Below, piece by piece: positions 9,168 through 23,224 of a DNA stretch of 64,000 bases. How positions within the stretch are numbered: position 1 is the stretch's first letter; each line of letters begins with the position of its first letter. Under the pieces are notes generated by a model. That model made no database searches, was not told the origin of the DNA, and was given only the letters and a program-made list of their open reading frames with translations. A program made the position numbers and the translations under genes. Origin of the DNA: Candidatus Latescibacterota bacterium (GTDB taxonomy: Bacteria; Krumholzibacteriota; Krumholzibacteriia; WVZY01; JAKEHA01); NCBI GenBank assembly GCA_963707635.1, contig OY970173.1, positions 1,248,001 to 1,312,000 of the forward strand, read 5' to 3'.

Positions 9168-10564
9168 TCGAGTCGCTCCACGAGGAGTGCGGAGTGTTCG
9201 GGATATACGGGTCCAAGGGCGCGGCACAGAACGCGTTCCTCGGCCTGTACGCCCTGCAGCACCGGGGTCAGGAAGCCGCCGGGATCGTCTCGACCGACGG
9301 CGAGCGGATGCACGAGCACAAGGGGATGGGTCTCGTCGCGCAGGTGTTCGACGAAGAGTCCATCGGCCGCCTGCACGGGCACGCCGCCATCGGCCACAAC
9401 CGCTACTCGACGACCGGCCTGCCACGAGCCGCCAACATTCAGCCGCTGCTCGTGGACTGCAAAGTCGGGAAGCTGGCACTTGCTCATAACGGCAATCTCG
9501 TCAACGCCCTCGAGCTCCGTGGCCGCATGGAAGCCGAGGGGTCCATCTTCAACACGACGATGGACAGCGAAGTCATTCTGCACCTGATTGCGCGGAGCAG
9601 GGAAGCCACACTCGACCGCATGATCGTCGATGCGGTGCGGCAGTTGCGGGGTGCGTTCTCGGTCTTGTTGCTGACCAAGGACGCGCTGATCGCGGTACGC
9701 GACCCGCAGTGTTTCCGGCCGCTCTGTCTGGGCCGGCTGGGTGATGCCACTATCATCACCAGCGAATCCTGCGCGCTGGACATCATCGGCGCCGATTACG
9801 TTCGGGATATCGAGCCAGGGGAACTCGTCATCGTAGACGAGCGGGGGATTCGATCCGAACGGGCGTTCGAACCGGAGCAGCAGGCCAAGTGCATATTCGA
9901 GTTCATATACTTCTCGCGTCCGGACAGCAAGGTGTTCGGGGAAAACGTCGACAAGGTGCGTCGGAAGCTGGGCGTCGTGCTCGCCCGCAAGCACCCGGTC
10001 GCCGCGGACATCGTGATCGCCGTGCCGGATTCGAGTAATACTTCAAGTCTTGGATTCGCCCAGACCTCGGGCATTCCGTTCGAGATCGGGCTGATTCGGA
10101 ACCACTACGTCGGGCGTACGTTCATCCAGCCGAGCCAGTCGCAGCGCGACGGCACCGTACGGCTGAAATTCAACACGGTGGACGGGGTGCTCAAGGGTAA
10201 GCGGGTGGCGGTGGTGGACGACTCGATCGTACGCGGTTCCACGATGAAGAAACTCGTAGCCATGCTCCACAAGGCCGGTGCGAAGGAAGTTCACCTGCGC
10301 ATCGCTTCTCCCCCCGTCAAGTTCCCCTGTTTTTACGGGATCGATATGCCGTCGCGTCGCGAATTGATCGCGTCGTCGACGTCCGTCGAAGAGATCCGGC
10401 GGTACCTCGGGGTCGACAGCCTCGAGTATCTCACCGTCGAGGATCTCCGCTCGGTCGTCGATGACCCGGTCAACTTCTGCAAGGCGTGTTTTACCGGCGA
10501 GTATCCGGTCCCGCTGACGTCGGACCTGAACAAGTCCGTGTTCGAAGACACCGCCGTCGCCTAG
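9164..10564 (+). CDS. purF: amidophosphoribosyltransferase
   Basis: EECGVFG, LQHRGQEAAG, GHNRYST, CIFEFIYFSRPDS, VVDDSIVRGST, PCFYGID. Confidence 0.97.
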   Translation: MIESLHEECGVFGIYGSKGAAQNAFLGLYALQHRGQEAAGIVSTDGERMHEHKGMGLVAQVFDEESIGRLHGHAAIGHNRYSTTGLPRAANIQPLLVDCKVGKLALAHNGNLVNALELRGRMEAEGSIFNTTMDSEVILHLIARSREATLDRMIVDAVRQLRGAFSVLLLTKDALIAVRDPQCFRPLCLGRLGDATIITSESCALDIIGADYVRDIEPGELVIVDERGIRSERAFEPEQQAKCIFEFIYFSRPDSKVFGENVDKVRRKLGVVLARKHPVAADIVIAVPDSSNTSSLGFAQTSGIPFEIGLIRNHYVGRTFIQPSQSQRDGTVRLKFNTVDGVLKGKRVAVVDDSIVRGSTMKKLVAMLHKAGAKEVHLRIASPPVKFPCFYGIDMPSRRELIASSTSVEEIRRYLGVDSLEYLTVEDLRSVVDDPVNFCKACFTGEYPVPLTSDLNKSVFEDTAVA

Positions 10565-10653
10565 GCGACGGGACGTTTTCGAACCCGGTTCTCGTCGCGG
10601 CTCGAAGCGAGCGCGGCGACGGTCCATTTGAAAACTGAACGCGAGTATCGCGA

Positions 10654-11355
10654 GTGCTAAAAGTCAGGATCCAGTTCGAGAAGCTGGGATCGATTCGCTT
10701 TGCGTCCCACCGGGACCTCATGCGCGCGTTCGAACGAGCGTTCGCCGCGGGTGGTGTGCCGGTGTCGTGGAGCGAAGGGTTCCACCCGCACATGCGGTTG
10801 TCGTTCGGCCCGCCCCTGAAGACGGGGTGGGAGAGCCGCGAGGAGTACATGGACGTACAACTCGAGGCTCCGATGGACGGCATGGCCGCCGCGTGCAATG
10901 AGAAGCTCCCCGACGGGCTTCGGATCACCCGCGTCGTCGAAATCGGCGAGCGGGTGACGAAGCTCGCGTCCGACATCTCCGCCGTCGCCCTCGAGGCGGC
11001 GGTCGAGTCGGAGGACGCGATCGCGGCCGGTGCTCCGCGCAACGGCAGCGGCCCAGACGCCTCTGCTATAAGGGAGCGACTCGCCAACCAGTTCCTCCAA
11101 ACCCCCAATACCGAAGGCGAGCCCCGGGTGCTGGAGGCGGACGTCGTCCGAACCGAGGACGCGATCCGCATCCGCTACACCTCGTCCATGCTCAATGGGC
11201 GCATCGTGACCCCCGACACGCTCGTTTCGGCCTCGATCGGTGACCCCGGCCAATTTCGCGTGCCCGTCAAAGTGGCGAGAATCGCCCAGTACGTGGAGCG
11301 CGACGGCCGGTTCGTTTCGCCGCTCGATGAAGGAGTCGTGCATCCAAGCGTATGA
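10654..11355 (+). CDS. DUF2344 / TIGR03936 radical SAM-linked protein
   Basis: FEKLGSIRFASHRDLMR...SEGFHPH..LSFGPPL pattern; usual position upstream of rne/rng. Confidence 0.85.
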   Translation: MLKVRIQFEKLGSIRFASHRDLMRAFERAFAAGGVPVSWSEGFHPHMRLSFGPPLKTGWESREEYMDVQLEAPMDGMAAACNEKLPDGLRITRVVEIGERVTKLASDISAVALEAAVESEDAIAAGAPRNGSGPDASAIRERLANQFLQTPNTEGEPRVLEADVVRTEDAIRIRYTSSMLNGRIVTPDTLVSASIGDPGQFRVPVKVARIAQYVERDGRFVSPLDEGVVHPSV

Positions 11356-12941
11356 AAGAAGTTCTGATCAATTCCGGTTCGCAGGAAGTACGGGCCGCCA
11401 TCGTCGAAGACGGCGAGCTGATGGAGTTCATGGTCGAGCGGGCGCAGACGCGCCGGATCGTCGGCGACATCTACCTCGGCCGCGTGAACGCGATCCTGCC
11501 CGGCATCCAGGCCGCGTTCGTCGACATCGGCTATGAGAAAGCGGGCTTTCTCCACGCGGGCGACCTGGTGCCGGACACCGAGTCGTTCGAGATGGAGGGC
11601 GGAGTCGACATCGAAGACGACGAGGGGCCGCGGCGTGATCGCGGGGATCGCGGCGGCAACGGCCGCGGCGGGCGCGGGCGGCGCGAGTCGCACCAGAAGG
11701 CACCCGTGCAGCCCATCGAGAAGATGCTCCAGAAGGGGCAGGAAGTGCTGGTGCAGGTCACCAAGGAGGCCATCGGCACCAAGGGCCCCCGCCTCACCAC
11801 CCAGATCTCGATCCCGGGCCGGCACGTGGTCTACATGCCCAACACGGACTACCTCGGCATCTCGCGCCGCATCGAGTCGCGCCAGGAGCGCCAGCGGCTG
11901 CGCCAGCTGATCGCCAAGAAGAAGCCGGCGAACTGCGCGGTCATCGCGCGCACGGCGTGCGAGGGCGTCGAGGACAAGCACATCGTCTCCGACATCAACT
12001 ACCTGCACAAGCTCTGGCAGGAGATCAAGCGCCGCGCCGAGAAGGCGCAGGCGCCCGAGCTCGTGCACGAGGAAGTCGGCATGGTGGTCGGCATGGTGCG
12101 GGACCTGATCGCGGAAGACATCGACAAGATCTGGATGGACAACGAGAAGGAGTACCGCCACCTCGTGCGCCATCTGCGCCAGGTAAGCCCGGACCTGGCC
12201 TCGCGGACGTACCATTTCCGCGACCGCTCGCCGATCTTCGACAAGTACAACATCGAAGCGGAAATCGAGAAGACGCTCGACCGCAAGGTGTGGCTCAAGA
12301 AGGGCGGCTATTTGATTTTCGACCAGACCGAAGCGCTGGTGGCGATCGACGTCAACACCGGCCGTTTCGTGGGCAAGCGCGACCAGGAGGAGACCATCCT
12401 GGAGACGAACCTGCTCGCGGCGCGCGAGATCCCGAGACAGCTGCGGCTGCGCGACATCGGCGGCATCATCGTGATCGACTTCATCGACATGGAAAGCGAA
12501 GCCAACAAGAAGAAGGTGCTGGCCGAGCTGCGCAACCACCTGCGCAAGGACCGCTCGCGCGCGAAGGCGTTCGCGGTGAGCGACCTGGGGCTGGTCGAGG
12601 TGAGCCGCAAACGCGTGCGCCCGAGCCTGCTCCACTTCCTGAGCGAGGAGTGCCCGTACTGTCACGGGACGGGGAAGGTGCTCTCGTTCGACACGCTGGC
12701 GAACAAGATCGAGCGGCAGATTCACCGCATCGGTCAGCGCACCAAGGAGCGCCGCCTCCAGCTGCGCGTAAACACCTCGTTCGCGATCTTCCTGGAAGAG
12801 CAGCGCGGCGGCATGCTCGACGCGCTGGAGCGCCAGTACCGCATGCGCATCGAAATTCAGGACGACCCGCGGCTCCACCGCGAAGACTTCAAGGTGGTGT
12901 CGCTCTCGAGCTTCCGCGACCTGGCGCAGGAGGCGGGGTAG
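11352..12941 (+). CDS. rng: Rne/Rng family ribonuclease (RNase G/E)
   Basis: S1 domain IYLGRV..ILPGIQAAFVDIG, IDVNTG, QLRLRDIGGIIVIDFIDM, CPYCHGTG. Confidence 0.93.
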   Translation: MKEVLINSGSQEVRAAIVEDGELMEFMVERAQTRRIVGDIYLGRVNAILPGIQAAFVDIGYEKAGFLHAGDLVPDTESFEMEGGVDIEDDEGPRRDRGDRGGNGRGGRGRRESHQKAPVQPIEKMLQKGQEVLVQVTKEAIGTKGPRLTTQISIPGRHVVYMPNTDYLGISRRIESRQERQRLRQLIAKKKPANCAVIARTACEGVEDKHIVSDINYLHKLWQEIKRRAEKAQAPELVHEEVGMVVGMVRDLIAEDIDKIWMDNEKEYRHLVRHLRQVSPDLASRTYHFRDRSPIFDKYNIEAEIEKTLDRKVWLKKGGYLIFDQTEALVAIDVNTGRFVGKRDQEETILETNLLAAREIPRQLRLRDIGGIIVIDFIDMESEANKKKVLAELRNHLRKDRSRAKAFAVSDLGLVEVSRKRVRPSLLHFLSEECPYCHGTGKVLSFDTLANKIERQIHRIGQRTKERRLQLRVNTSFAIFLEEQRGGMLDALERQYRMRIEIQDDPRLHREDFKVVSLSSFRDLAQEAG

Positions 12942-14073
12942 GGGGCGTCCCGGCGTAGCCAACGGTTCCCAGGACGCGCTCGGCCTCGAGCCGATTGTGA
13001 AACGCGCACAGCAGCCTGAGGTTGCCCGGTGCGCCTCTGCCGCCGCGCGCGATCGGGTTGATGTGATCGACCTGGAGCGCTCGCGTTGACGCACAGCGTC
13101 GGCCCGACGCACCCACGTAGCTGCAGCGGCCCCCGTCGCGGGTGAATACCTCATCTTTCACCGCGGCGGTGACGTGTCGAGGGTGCGGCACTTTCGATGG
13201 CCGCTCCACAGCCGGACGTTGCTCCCTCTTCTCGTCTCCCTTTGTGTGAGATCGCTCCTTACGCTCCTCGCGTCTCTCGCGACGCGCACTGGGATCTTCC
13301 TTCTCGATGAAACGATCCATCGCGAGCCCGAAGGTCTGCTCGAGTGAGGGGTTTGCCGGCAGCTGGTGCCAGGCCAGCGATCGAATCTTCTCCAGCTTCG
13401 CCATGAATGCCTCACTGGCGGAGAACGAGACCAACATGCGCTTTTCGGTGACGGTGCTTGACTCGCGATGCGTCGGCGCACCATCTCGCAACTCACACAA
13501 ATCACTGCCGCTGCGGTAGTGATCGCTCGTTGGCGCGCTGTGGGGAGCGGGCGTTTGACTGCCTGATGGCGCTGGAACGTCGGCGGAGCACGAGGCAGCG
13601 ACCCCGGCGGCGGCCTGCGCCGACGCGACGGTGGGAACCCGCACCACGACGGGCCTTATCCGGTCCGGTGGAAACGATCGCGGCTCGTACTCCGCCACGA
13701 TCGCATCCACCTCTCGCTGCGATCTGCCCCGAATTCGTGTGAGCAGGCGGTCCTTGTTCTCGGGCGATAAGACCCGCGAAACCTGTGAGACCGTGCTCAA
13801 ATTGACCTCGTTCGACTCCAGCAATGCGTGCATCTCCGGGAAGCGAGCCATGCAGCGGGCCGTCCGAATCCGACGGGCCGCCGCCGAAGCTGAATAGCCC
13901 AGCCCCGTCGTGCAGTAATCGAACATCGATGCGTAGCCCTGCTTCAGATGCAGCCGTCGTCGCTCGATCTCGCTCAGGTGGAGCAGAACGGCCAGAGTGA
14001 GTGATCGCTCACGGCGTGTGAGTTCTTGAATCCTGGAGAGAATCTCGCGGTCGGAAAGATTTCGAAGGGACAT
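12889..14073 (-). CDS. HNH endonuclease with DUF222-like N-terminal domain
   Basis: C-terminal RDGGRCSY...C....LQVDHINPIARGG....NLRLLCAFHN; AAGGAGG RBS before ATG 14073; 3' end overlaps rng by 53 nt. Confidence 0.85.
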   Translation of the reverse strand: MSLRNLSDREILSRIQELTRRERSLTLAVLLHLSEIERRRLHLKQGYASMFDYCTTGLGYSASAAARRIRTARCMARFPEMHALLESNEVNLSTVSQVSRVLSPENKDRLLTRIRGRSQREVDAIVAEYEPRSFPPDRIRPVVVRVPTVASAQAAAGVAASCSADVPAPSGSQTPAPHSAPTSDHYRSGSDLCELRDGAPTHRESSTVTEKRMLVSFSASEAFMAKLEKIRSLAWHQLPANPSLEQTFGLAMDRFIEKEDPSARRERREERKERSHTKGDEKREQRPAVERPSKVPHPRHVTAAVKDEVFTRDGGRCSYVGASGRRCASTRALQVDHINPIARGGRGAPGNLRLLCAFHNRLEAERVLGTVGYAGTPPTPPPAPGRGSSRATPP

Positions 14074-14128
14074 GACGCAACCTCCTTGCATGCGGAAACG
14101 AAGCGCGGGAGGATGCGCCGATGCTCGG

Positions 14129-14157
14129 AATCTAGATTGTGTTCACTAACTTGTCAA
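14129..14157 (-). promoter_or_regulatory. near-consensus sigma70 promoter for the HNH gene
   Basis: TTGACA-N17-TAGATT on the minus strand. Confidence 0.75.
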
Positions 14158-14178
14158 CACGAAAATGTTCCGCGAGGC

Positions 14179-14214
14179 AAAAAAAGCGGGACCGTCAACA
14201 TGACGGCCCCGCTC
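14179..14214 (-). terminator. intrinsic terminator of the tricorn protease gene
   Basis: Minus strand GCGGGGCCGTCA-tgt-TGACGGTCCCGC stem followed by T7. Confidence 0.85.
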
Positions 14215-14284
14215 TTGGTAATGCGCGCTCATCACGCGCCTGGTCCTCGCGTGCGTGGACCTGACGACGCTTCGCGCGCACGCG

Positions 14285-17584
<3,300 letters not shown>

Positions 17585-17882
17585 GGGTTGATCTCCACCG
17601 GTAGCGATGAGGGTGTCACAAGGGATTCGCGGTTGTACCGCCTGGACCGAAGCCAGGTCGGTGGATGATAGCGGATTATTCTACCGCCCGCTACGGGCGC
17701 CGGAAACGGGCCCACGAGCTTCGACGGGACCAACCCGACATTCGTTGCGTCCCGTCGCCCGTTTTCTTGCCCCGGATGGACAGCCGGGCGCGCGGGGAGT
17801 ATCCTCACGCTCGATACGTCGGCCCGCTCCCCGGCGATCACGTCATTCTTCCTCGACCCCTTCCGTAGCGAGGTACATTCCC

Positions 17883-18545
17883 ATGAATGCATCGTCAGCG
17901 AAGCTCGATGTCACGAACGGCATGGGCACGGAACCGGGGCGAAGACTCACGAGGTCTTTCTTCGAGCGTCCCTGCGCCGTCGTGGCCCGCGATCTCATCG
18001 GTTGCACCTTCGCCCGAACGCTGGACGACGGAACCGTCCTGGCGGCGAGGCTGGTCGAGGTGGAGGCCTACGTCGGCGATGGCACCGACCCCGGCTCGCA
18101 CGCGCACCGGGGCCCGACGGCGCGCAACCGCGTCATGTTCGGGCCCGCGGGGCGTCTGTACGTCTACCTGATCTACGGCCTCCATTATTGCGCGAACATC
18201 GTCTGCGAAGGGGGCCGGGGAGCTGCCGTGCTGCTGCGCGCTGCGGAGCCGATCGCGGGCATCGACGTCATGCGGGCGCAGCGCGGGCTGGACGAAAAGA
18301 TGCCCGACGCCGCGATCCTGCGCGGCCCGGCGAACTTCTGCCGGGCACTCGGGCTCACGCGCGACGACAACGGGCGCAGTCTGCTGTCGGGTGGTGTTGT
18401 GGTTCGGGGGCCGTCCGCGCGGAGCGTTCGCCCCGCCATCTCGGTCTCGACGCGGATCGGCCTTTCGCGCGGCGTCGAACTACCGTATCGTTTCTTCGCT
18501 GCCAATGATCCCCACGTCAGCGGGGTGCCAGGCGCTCGTCGGTGA
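17883..18545 (+). CDS. DNA-3-methyladenine glycosylase (MPG/AAG family)
   Basis: VEVEAYVG..DPGSHA, MFGPAGRLYVYLIYGLHYCANIV, AVLLRA.EP, RGPA; start uncertain (17883 or 17922). Confidence 0.92.
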   Translation: MNASSAKLDVTNGMGTEPGRRLTRSFFERPCAVVARDLIGCTFARTLDDGTVLAARLVEVEAYVGDGTDPGSHAHRGPTARNRVMFGPAGRLYVYLIYGLHYCANIVCEGGRGAAVLLRAAEPIAGIDVMRAQRGLDEKMPDAAILRGPANFCRALGLTRDDNGRSLLSGGVVVRGPSARSVRPAISVSTRIGLSRGVELPYRFFAANDPHVSGVPGARR

Positions 18546-18566
18546 TCGTACCTTGAGGAGTCACAC

Positions 18567-19091
18567 ATGTTGAAAGCGGTTTGGGTTTTTGCGGCGGCGA
18601 CGCTGATCGTGGCGGGCGCCGCTCGCGCGGACGAGAAGCTCGTGACCATCAGTCTCGTGTCGGAGGCCGGAGTTGGCGAGAAGATCGGCACCATCCGCGC
18701 CGTCGACACACCCTACGGCGTGCTCTTTACGCCGGAGCTGGGGAAGCTAACGCCGGGGCTGCACGGGTTCCACGTGCACGAGAACGCGCACTGCGATTGT
18801 GCCGAGAAGGAAGGGAAGATGGTGGCGGGTCTCGCCGCCGGGAGTCATTTCGACCCGGCCAAGACCGGGCGCCACTCCGGTCCGTACGCGGACGGGCACC
18901 TCGGCGACCTGCCGCCCTTGTTCGTCGCGGCCGACGGCACCTCCACGCTGCCCGTGCTGGCGCCGCGCCTGAAAGTGAAGGACCTCGCGGGCCGGGCCCT
19001 GATGATCCACGCCGGGGGCGACAACTACTCGGACCAGCCCGCGGCCCTCGGCGGGGGCGGGGCGAGGATCGCGTGCGGAGTCGTGGAGTAG
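18567..19091 (+). CDS. sodC: periplasmic Cu/Zn superoxide dismutase
   Basis: [40 protein letters not shown]; signal peptide. Confidence 0.96.
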   Translation: MLKAVWVFAAATLIVAGAARADEKLVTISLVSEAGVGEKIGTIRAVDTPYGVLFTPELGKLTPGLHGFHVHENAHCDCAEKEGKMVAGLAAGSHFDPAKTGRHSGPYADGHLGDLPPLFVAADGTSTLPVLAPRLKVKDLAGRALMIHAGGDNYSDQPAALGGGGARIACGVVE

Positions 19092-19250
19092 CCGCCATCG
19101 CCCAACCCCAACCCACCCAGCCGGTTAGGCGGAAGCGGCCCCGCTCGCACCGCCCGCCGACTTAGTTCCTTGACACCCGCCGCGGGATCGATTACTAATC
19201 GTAGGTTGTTTTCGAGCGCCTGCGCGCGGAACCCAGAGTGGAGTAGAGAC

Positions 19251-19562
19251 ATGTACGCGATCGTCAAAGTCCGTGGCCTTCAATTCAAGGCCGAGCCCAA
19301 TACCATCATCCGCGTGCCGCTGCTCGAGAGCGAGGTCGGCCAGGGCGTTACCTTCGACCAGGTGCTCCTGTGGTCCGACGGCGAGACGACTACCGTCGGC
19401 GCTCCGCTCGTGGCGGGCAAGTCCGTCAGCGGCGAGGTCGTTCGTCACAGCCGCAGCGACAAGATTCGCATCTTCAAGAAGAAGCGCCGCAAGAAGTACC
19501 GCCGCCGCGGCAATCACCGGCAGTGGTTCACGGAAGTTCGACTGACGGGGTTCAGCAGCTAG
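19251..19562 (+). CDS. rplU: 50S ribosomal protein L21
   Basis: [31 protein letters not shown]. Confidence 0.96.
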   Translation: MYAIVKVRGLQFKAEPNTIIRVPLLESEVGQGVTFDQVLLWSDGETTTVGAPLVAGKSVSGEVVRHSRSDKIRIFKKKRRKKYRRRGNHRQWFTEVRLTGFSS

Positions 19563-19573
19563 GGGTAGGCAGC

Positions 19574-19831
19574 ATGGCACACAAAAAAGGTGTTGGCAGT
19601 TCCAAGAATGGGCGCGACAGTCACGGTCAGCGCCTCGGCGTGAAGCGGTTCTCCGGCGAGTTCGTCACCGCCGGGTCGATCATCGTGCGCCAGCGCGGCA
19701 CCCATATCCATCCCGGCCGGAATGTGGGCCGCGGAAAGGACGACACGCTCTTTGCCACGGTCACGGGTACGGTCAGGTTCGAGCCTTTCGGGAAGAACCG
19801 CAGGCGCGTCAGCGTCGTCGAAGCGAACTAG
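19574..19831 (+). CDS. rpmA: 50S ribosomal protein L27
   Basis: [32 protein letters not shown]. Confidence 0.98.
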   Translation: MAHKKGVGSSKNGRDSHGQRLGVKRFSGEFVTAGSIIVRQRGTHIHPGRNVGRGKDDTLFATVTGTVRFEPFGKNRRRVSVVEAN

Positions 19832-20606
19832 CGCTTCGCGCCGCCGCACCGCCGGGCGTTCGGCCCCCGCATCTCCATCCTTCGCCATCGTTCTCCCCGC
19901 CCGCTACGGGTCGACCCGTTTCCCGGGGAAACCACTCGCCCAGATTTCGGGTAAGCCGCTGATCGAATGGGTCTACCGCGGCGCGCAGCGCGTGCGCGGG
20001 GTCACCCGCGTGCTGGTGGCCACCGACGACGAGCGCGTCGCGCGCGCTGTGCGCGCCTTCGGCGGCGACCTGGTCATGACGCGCTCCGACCACGTGACTG
20101 GCACCGATCGCGTGGCGGAGGTCGCGAAGACGCTCCGCGTCGCCGTGGTCGTCAACCTGCAGGGCGACGAGCCGGTGTTCGACCCCGAGATGGTCGAACG
20201 CATGGTGGCGCGCCTGGCGCGCGACCGCGGGGTCGACATCGTCACCGCGTGCCACGCCCTCTACCACGCCGATGCCTTTCGCAGCCCGCACGTCGTCAAA
20301 GTGGTCATCGACAAGAAGGGGCACGCGCTGTACTTTTCGCGCTCGCCGATCCCGAGCGGCGCCATGGAGCACGCGGCGGGCGCGTACCGCCACATCGGCG
20401 CGTACGCATTCCGGCGCGACGCCCTCGCGCGCTTCACCAGGCTCCCGCGGACGCCGCTGGAGATCTCGGAGCGGCTGGAGCAGCTGCGAGCGCTGGAGCA
20501 CGGATTCAAGATCGCGGTGGTCGAAACCGATCGCGAGACCGTGGGCGTCGACGTCCCCGCCGACATAAAAAACGTTGAAAGGGCAATGCGGGAGTCCATA
20601 GACTGA
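19722..20606 (+). CDS. kdsB: 3-deoxy-manno-octulosonate cytidylyltransferase (start uncertain)
   Basis: [48 protein letters not shown]. Confidence 0.93.
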   Translation: MWAAERTTRSLPRSRVRSGSSLSGRTAGASASSKRTSASRRRTAGRSAPASPSFAIVLPARYGSTRFPGKPLAQISGKPLIEWVYRGAQRVRGVTRVLVATDDERVARAVRAFGGDLVMTRSDHVTGTDRVAEVAKTLRVAVVVNLQGDEPVFDPEMVERMVARLARDRGVDIVTACHALYHADAFRSPHVVKVVIDKKGHALYFSRSPIPSGAMEHAAGAYRHIGAYAFRRDALARFTRLPRTPLEISERLEQLRALEHGFKIAVVETDRETVGVDVPADIKNVERAMRESID

Positions 20607-20668
20607 TCGAAGGTGATTGCGTCGTTGCACGCGTGCGGCAGGAAACACGAACGCGCGAGGTCGGAGCC

Positions 20669-22300
20669 ATGAAGTACATCTTCGTTACCGGTGGCGTGGT
20701 CTCGTCCCTCGGGAAGGGCATCGCCGCCGCCTCCATCGGACTCCTGCTCAAGCAGCGGGGACTTCGCGTCGCCATCCAGAAGCTCGACCCGTACCTGAAT
20801 GTCGACCCGGGCACGATGAGCCCGTTCCAGCACGGCGAGGTGTTCGTGACCGACGACGGCGGCGAGACCGACCTCGACCTCGGCCACTACGAACGCTTCC
20901 TCGACCAGAATCTGACCCGCAACAGTAGTGTTACCGCCGGCAAGGTGTACCAGGCGGTCATCGAGCGGGAACGCAGCGGCGGCTACCTGGGGAAGACCGT
21001 GCAGGTGGTTCCCCACGTCACCGACGAGATCAAGACGCGCATCAAGGCTGCCGGGGCCAACGGCGACGTCGACGTCATTATTACCGAAATCGGGGGAACC
21101 ACGGGCGATATCGAGGGCCTCCCGTTTCTGGAGGCATGCCGCCAGATGCGGCACGAGGAGGGCGCGGACAACTGCATCTTCGTCCACCTCGTCCTGGTCC
21201 CGTACATCAAGGCAGCCAGGGAGATCAAGACCAAGCCCACGCAGCACAGCGTCAAGGGCCTGCTCGAGATCGGCATCCAGCCCGACGTGCTCTTGTGCCG
21301 AACCGAGGTGCCGCTCGGCCCGGAGATCCGCGCCAAGATCGCGCTCTTCTGCAACGTGCGCGAGCGCGCCGTGATCGAGGCGCGCGACGTGACCTCCATC
21401 TATCACGTGCCGCTCCATTTTCATCGCGAGGGACTCGACGACATCATCGTGACGCTCCTCCACCTCGACGCGGCGCAACCCGACCTGGAGGAATGGGAGC
21501 AGCTGATCCAGCGCATGACCGCCATCGAGGAGGGGGTCAAGATCGCGGTCGTCGGCAAGTACGTCCAGGTCCAGGACGCGTACAAGTCGATCATCGAGGC
21601 GTTCACGCACGCCGGCGTGCAGAACGACGCCCACGTGCAGGTGGTGTGGGTCGACGCCGAGGACGTGGAGAAGCTGGGCGCCGACGAGGCGCTGCGCGGA
21701 GTGGCCGGCATCCTGGTGCCGGGCGGGTTCGGCGAGCGCGGAATCTCCGGCAAGCTCGACGCGATTCGCCACGCGCGCGAGAACGAGATCCCGTTCCTCG
21801 GCATCTGCCTGGGGCTGCAGTGCGCGGTGATCGAGTTCGCCCGTGACGTCTGCGGCATCCCGGACGCCTTGAGCAGCGAGTTCAGCCCCAACTGCCCCCA
21901 CCCGGTGATCGATCTCATGGAGGGCCAGACCCACAGCGGAAAAAAAGGCGGCACCATGCGACTGGGTGCGTATCCGTGCCGCATCAAGCCCGGCACGCTG
22001 GCCGCCGACCTCTACGATGCGGGCGAGATCAGCGAACGCCATCGCCACCGCTGGGAAGTGAACAACGAGTACCGTGAGACGCTGGAACGCCACGGACTGA
22101 CGATTTCGGGGACGTCGCCGGACGGGAGCCTGGTCGAGATCATCGAGATCACCGAACATCCCTATTTCATCGCCTCGCAGTTCCACCCCGAGCTCAAGAG
22201 CCGCCCCAACCGTCCGCACCCGCTGTTCTTCGGGCTGGTGCGCGCGGCGAAGTCGCAGCGGAACTCGCATTCGCCTTCGGCCCGGCAAGTGAGCGCGTAG
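20669..22300 (+). CDS. pyrG: CTP synthase
   Basis: [55 protein letters not shown]. Confidence 0.98.
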   Translation: MKYIFVTGGVVSSLGKGIAAASIGLLLKQRGLRVAIQKLDPYLNVDPGTMSPFQHGEVFVTDDGGETDLDLGHYERFLDQNLTRNSSVTAGKVYQAVIERERSGGYLGKTVQVVPHVTDEIKTRIKAAGANGDVDVIITEIGGTTGDIEGLPFLEACRQMRHEEGADNCIFVHLVLVPYIKAAREIKTKPTQHSVKGLLEIGIQPDVLLCRTEVPLGPEIRAKIALFCNVRERAVIEARDVTSIYHVPLHFHREGLDDIIVTLLHLDAAQPDLEEWEQLIQRMTAIEEGVKIAVVGKYVQVQDAYKSIIEAFTHAGVQNDAHVQVVWVDAEDVEKLGADEALRGVAGILVPGGFGERGISGKLDAIRHARENEIPFLGICLGLQCAVIEFARDVCGIPDALSSEFSPNCPHPVIDLMEGQTHSGKKGGTMRLGAYPCRIKPGTLAADLYDAGEISERHRHRWEVNNEYRETLERHGLTISGTSPDGSLVEIIEITEHPYFIASQFHPELKSRPNRPHPLFFGLVRAAKSQRNSHSPSARQVSA

Positions 22301-22319
22301 GACGCGCCGGGGAACCGCC

Positions 22320-23165
22320 GTGCCCGCGACCGCGACCATTGCATCCCTGCGGGTGGGCGACGGCGCGAAGCCGCTCCTGATCGCCGGCCCCTGCGTCATC
22401 GAGACCGAGGATCTCGCCCTCTCGATTGCCGATGCCATCGCCCGGCTCGCCGTCACGCGCGAGTTCACCTTCGTCTTCAAGGCGAGTTACACCAAAGACA
22501 ACCGCAGCTCCGGCGAGAGCTTCCGCGGCGTCGGCCTCGATGCCGGTCTGCGCGTGCTGGAGAAGGTGCGCGCGAACGTCGGCTGCCCGGTGTTGTCCGA
22601 CGTCCACACTCCCGACGAGGTTCCTGCGGCGGCGGCGGTTCTCGACGTGGTCCAGATTCCCGCGTTCCTGTGCCGGCAGACGAGTCTGCTCGAAGCGGCG
22701 GGCGCAGCCGGAAAAGCGATCAACGTGAAGAAAGGGCAGTTCCTCGCGCCCGAGGACATGGGCAACGTGGTCACGAAACTGCGCGCGGCCGGCGCGCGCG
22801 ACATTATGCTCACCGAGCGCGGAACGACCTTCGGATACCACGACCTGGTGGTGGACTTCCGCGGCTTCGCGCGCATGCGCGCGATCGGCTGCCCGGTGGT
22901 CTTCGACGTCACCCACTCGCTGCAGCGTCCCGGTGGACTCGGGACCGCGTCGGGCGGCGAGCCGGCGCTGGCGGCGATGATGGCGCGCGCCGCCGCCGCG
23001 GTGCCCGTGGACGGCTTCTTCATCGAGACGCATCCCGACCCGAAGAGAGCGCTCTCCGACGCGGCGGCGATGCTGCCGCTGGACCAGTTGGAAAAGCTGT
23101 TGCGCGACGTATCCCGTATCGCTACCCTTGCCCGCGAGTTCCCCGCCGGCCAGGTTCGCCCCTAG
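22320..23165 (+). CDS. kdsA: 3-deoxy-8-phosphooctulonate (Kdo8P) synthase
   Basis: IAGPCVIE, KASYTKDNRSS, QIPAFLCRQT, NVKKGQF, DVTHSLQRPG. Confidence 0.95.
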   Translation: MPATATIASLRVGDGAKPLLIAGPCVIETEDLALSIADAIARLAVTREFTFVFKASYTKDNRSSGESFRGVGLDAGLRVLEKVRANVGCPVLSDVHTPDEVPAAAAVLDVVQIPAFLCRQTSLLEAAGAAGKAINVKKGQFLAPEDMGNVVTKLRAAGARDIMLTERGTTFGYHDLVVDFRGFARMRAIGCPVVFDVTHSLQRPGGLGTASGGEPALAAMMARAAAAVPVDGFFIETHPDPKRALSDAAAMLPLDQLEKLLRDVSRIATLAREFPAGQVRP

Positions 23166-23224
23166 CGCCGTCGTCGCCACGCGATTTCGTCGCGGCGCCC
23201 CGCAATCAATCAGGAGGATTTGAA

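Noticed and set aside
19170..19199. TTGACA upstream of rplU as a full promoter call
   Set aside because: Plausible -35, but no convincing TAnnnT -10 at 16-18 nt spacing.
22670..23224. N-terminal extension making the sulfatase 979 aa
   Set aside because: Overlaps kdsA out of frame; the RBS and lipoprotein signal place the start at 23225.
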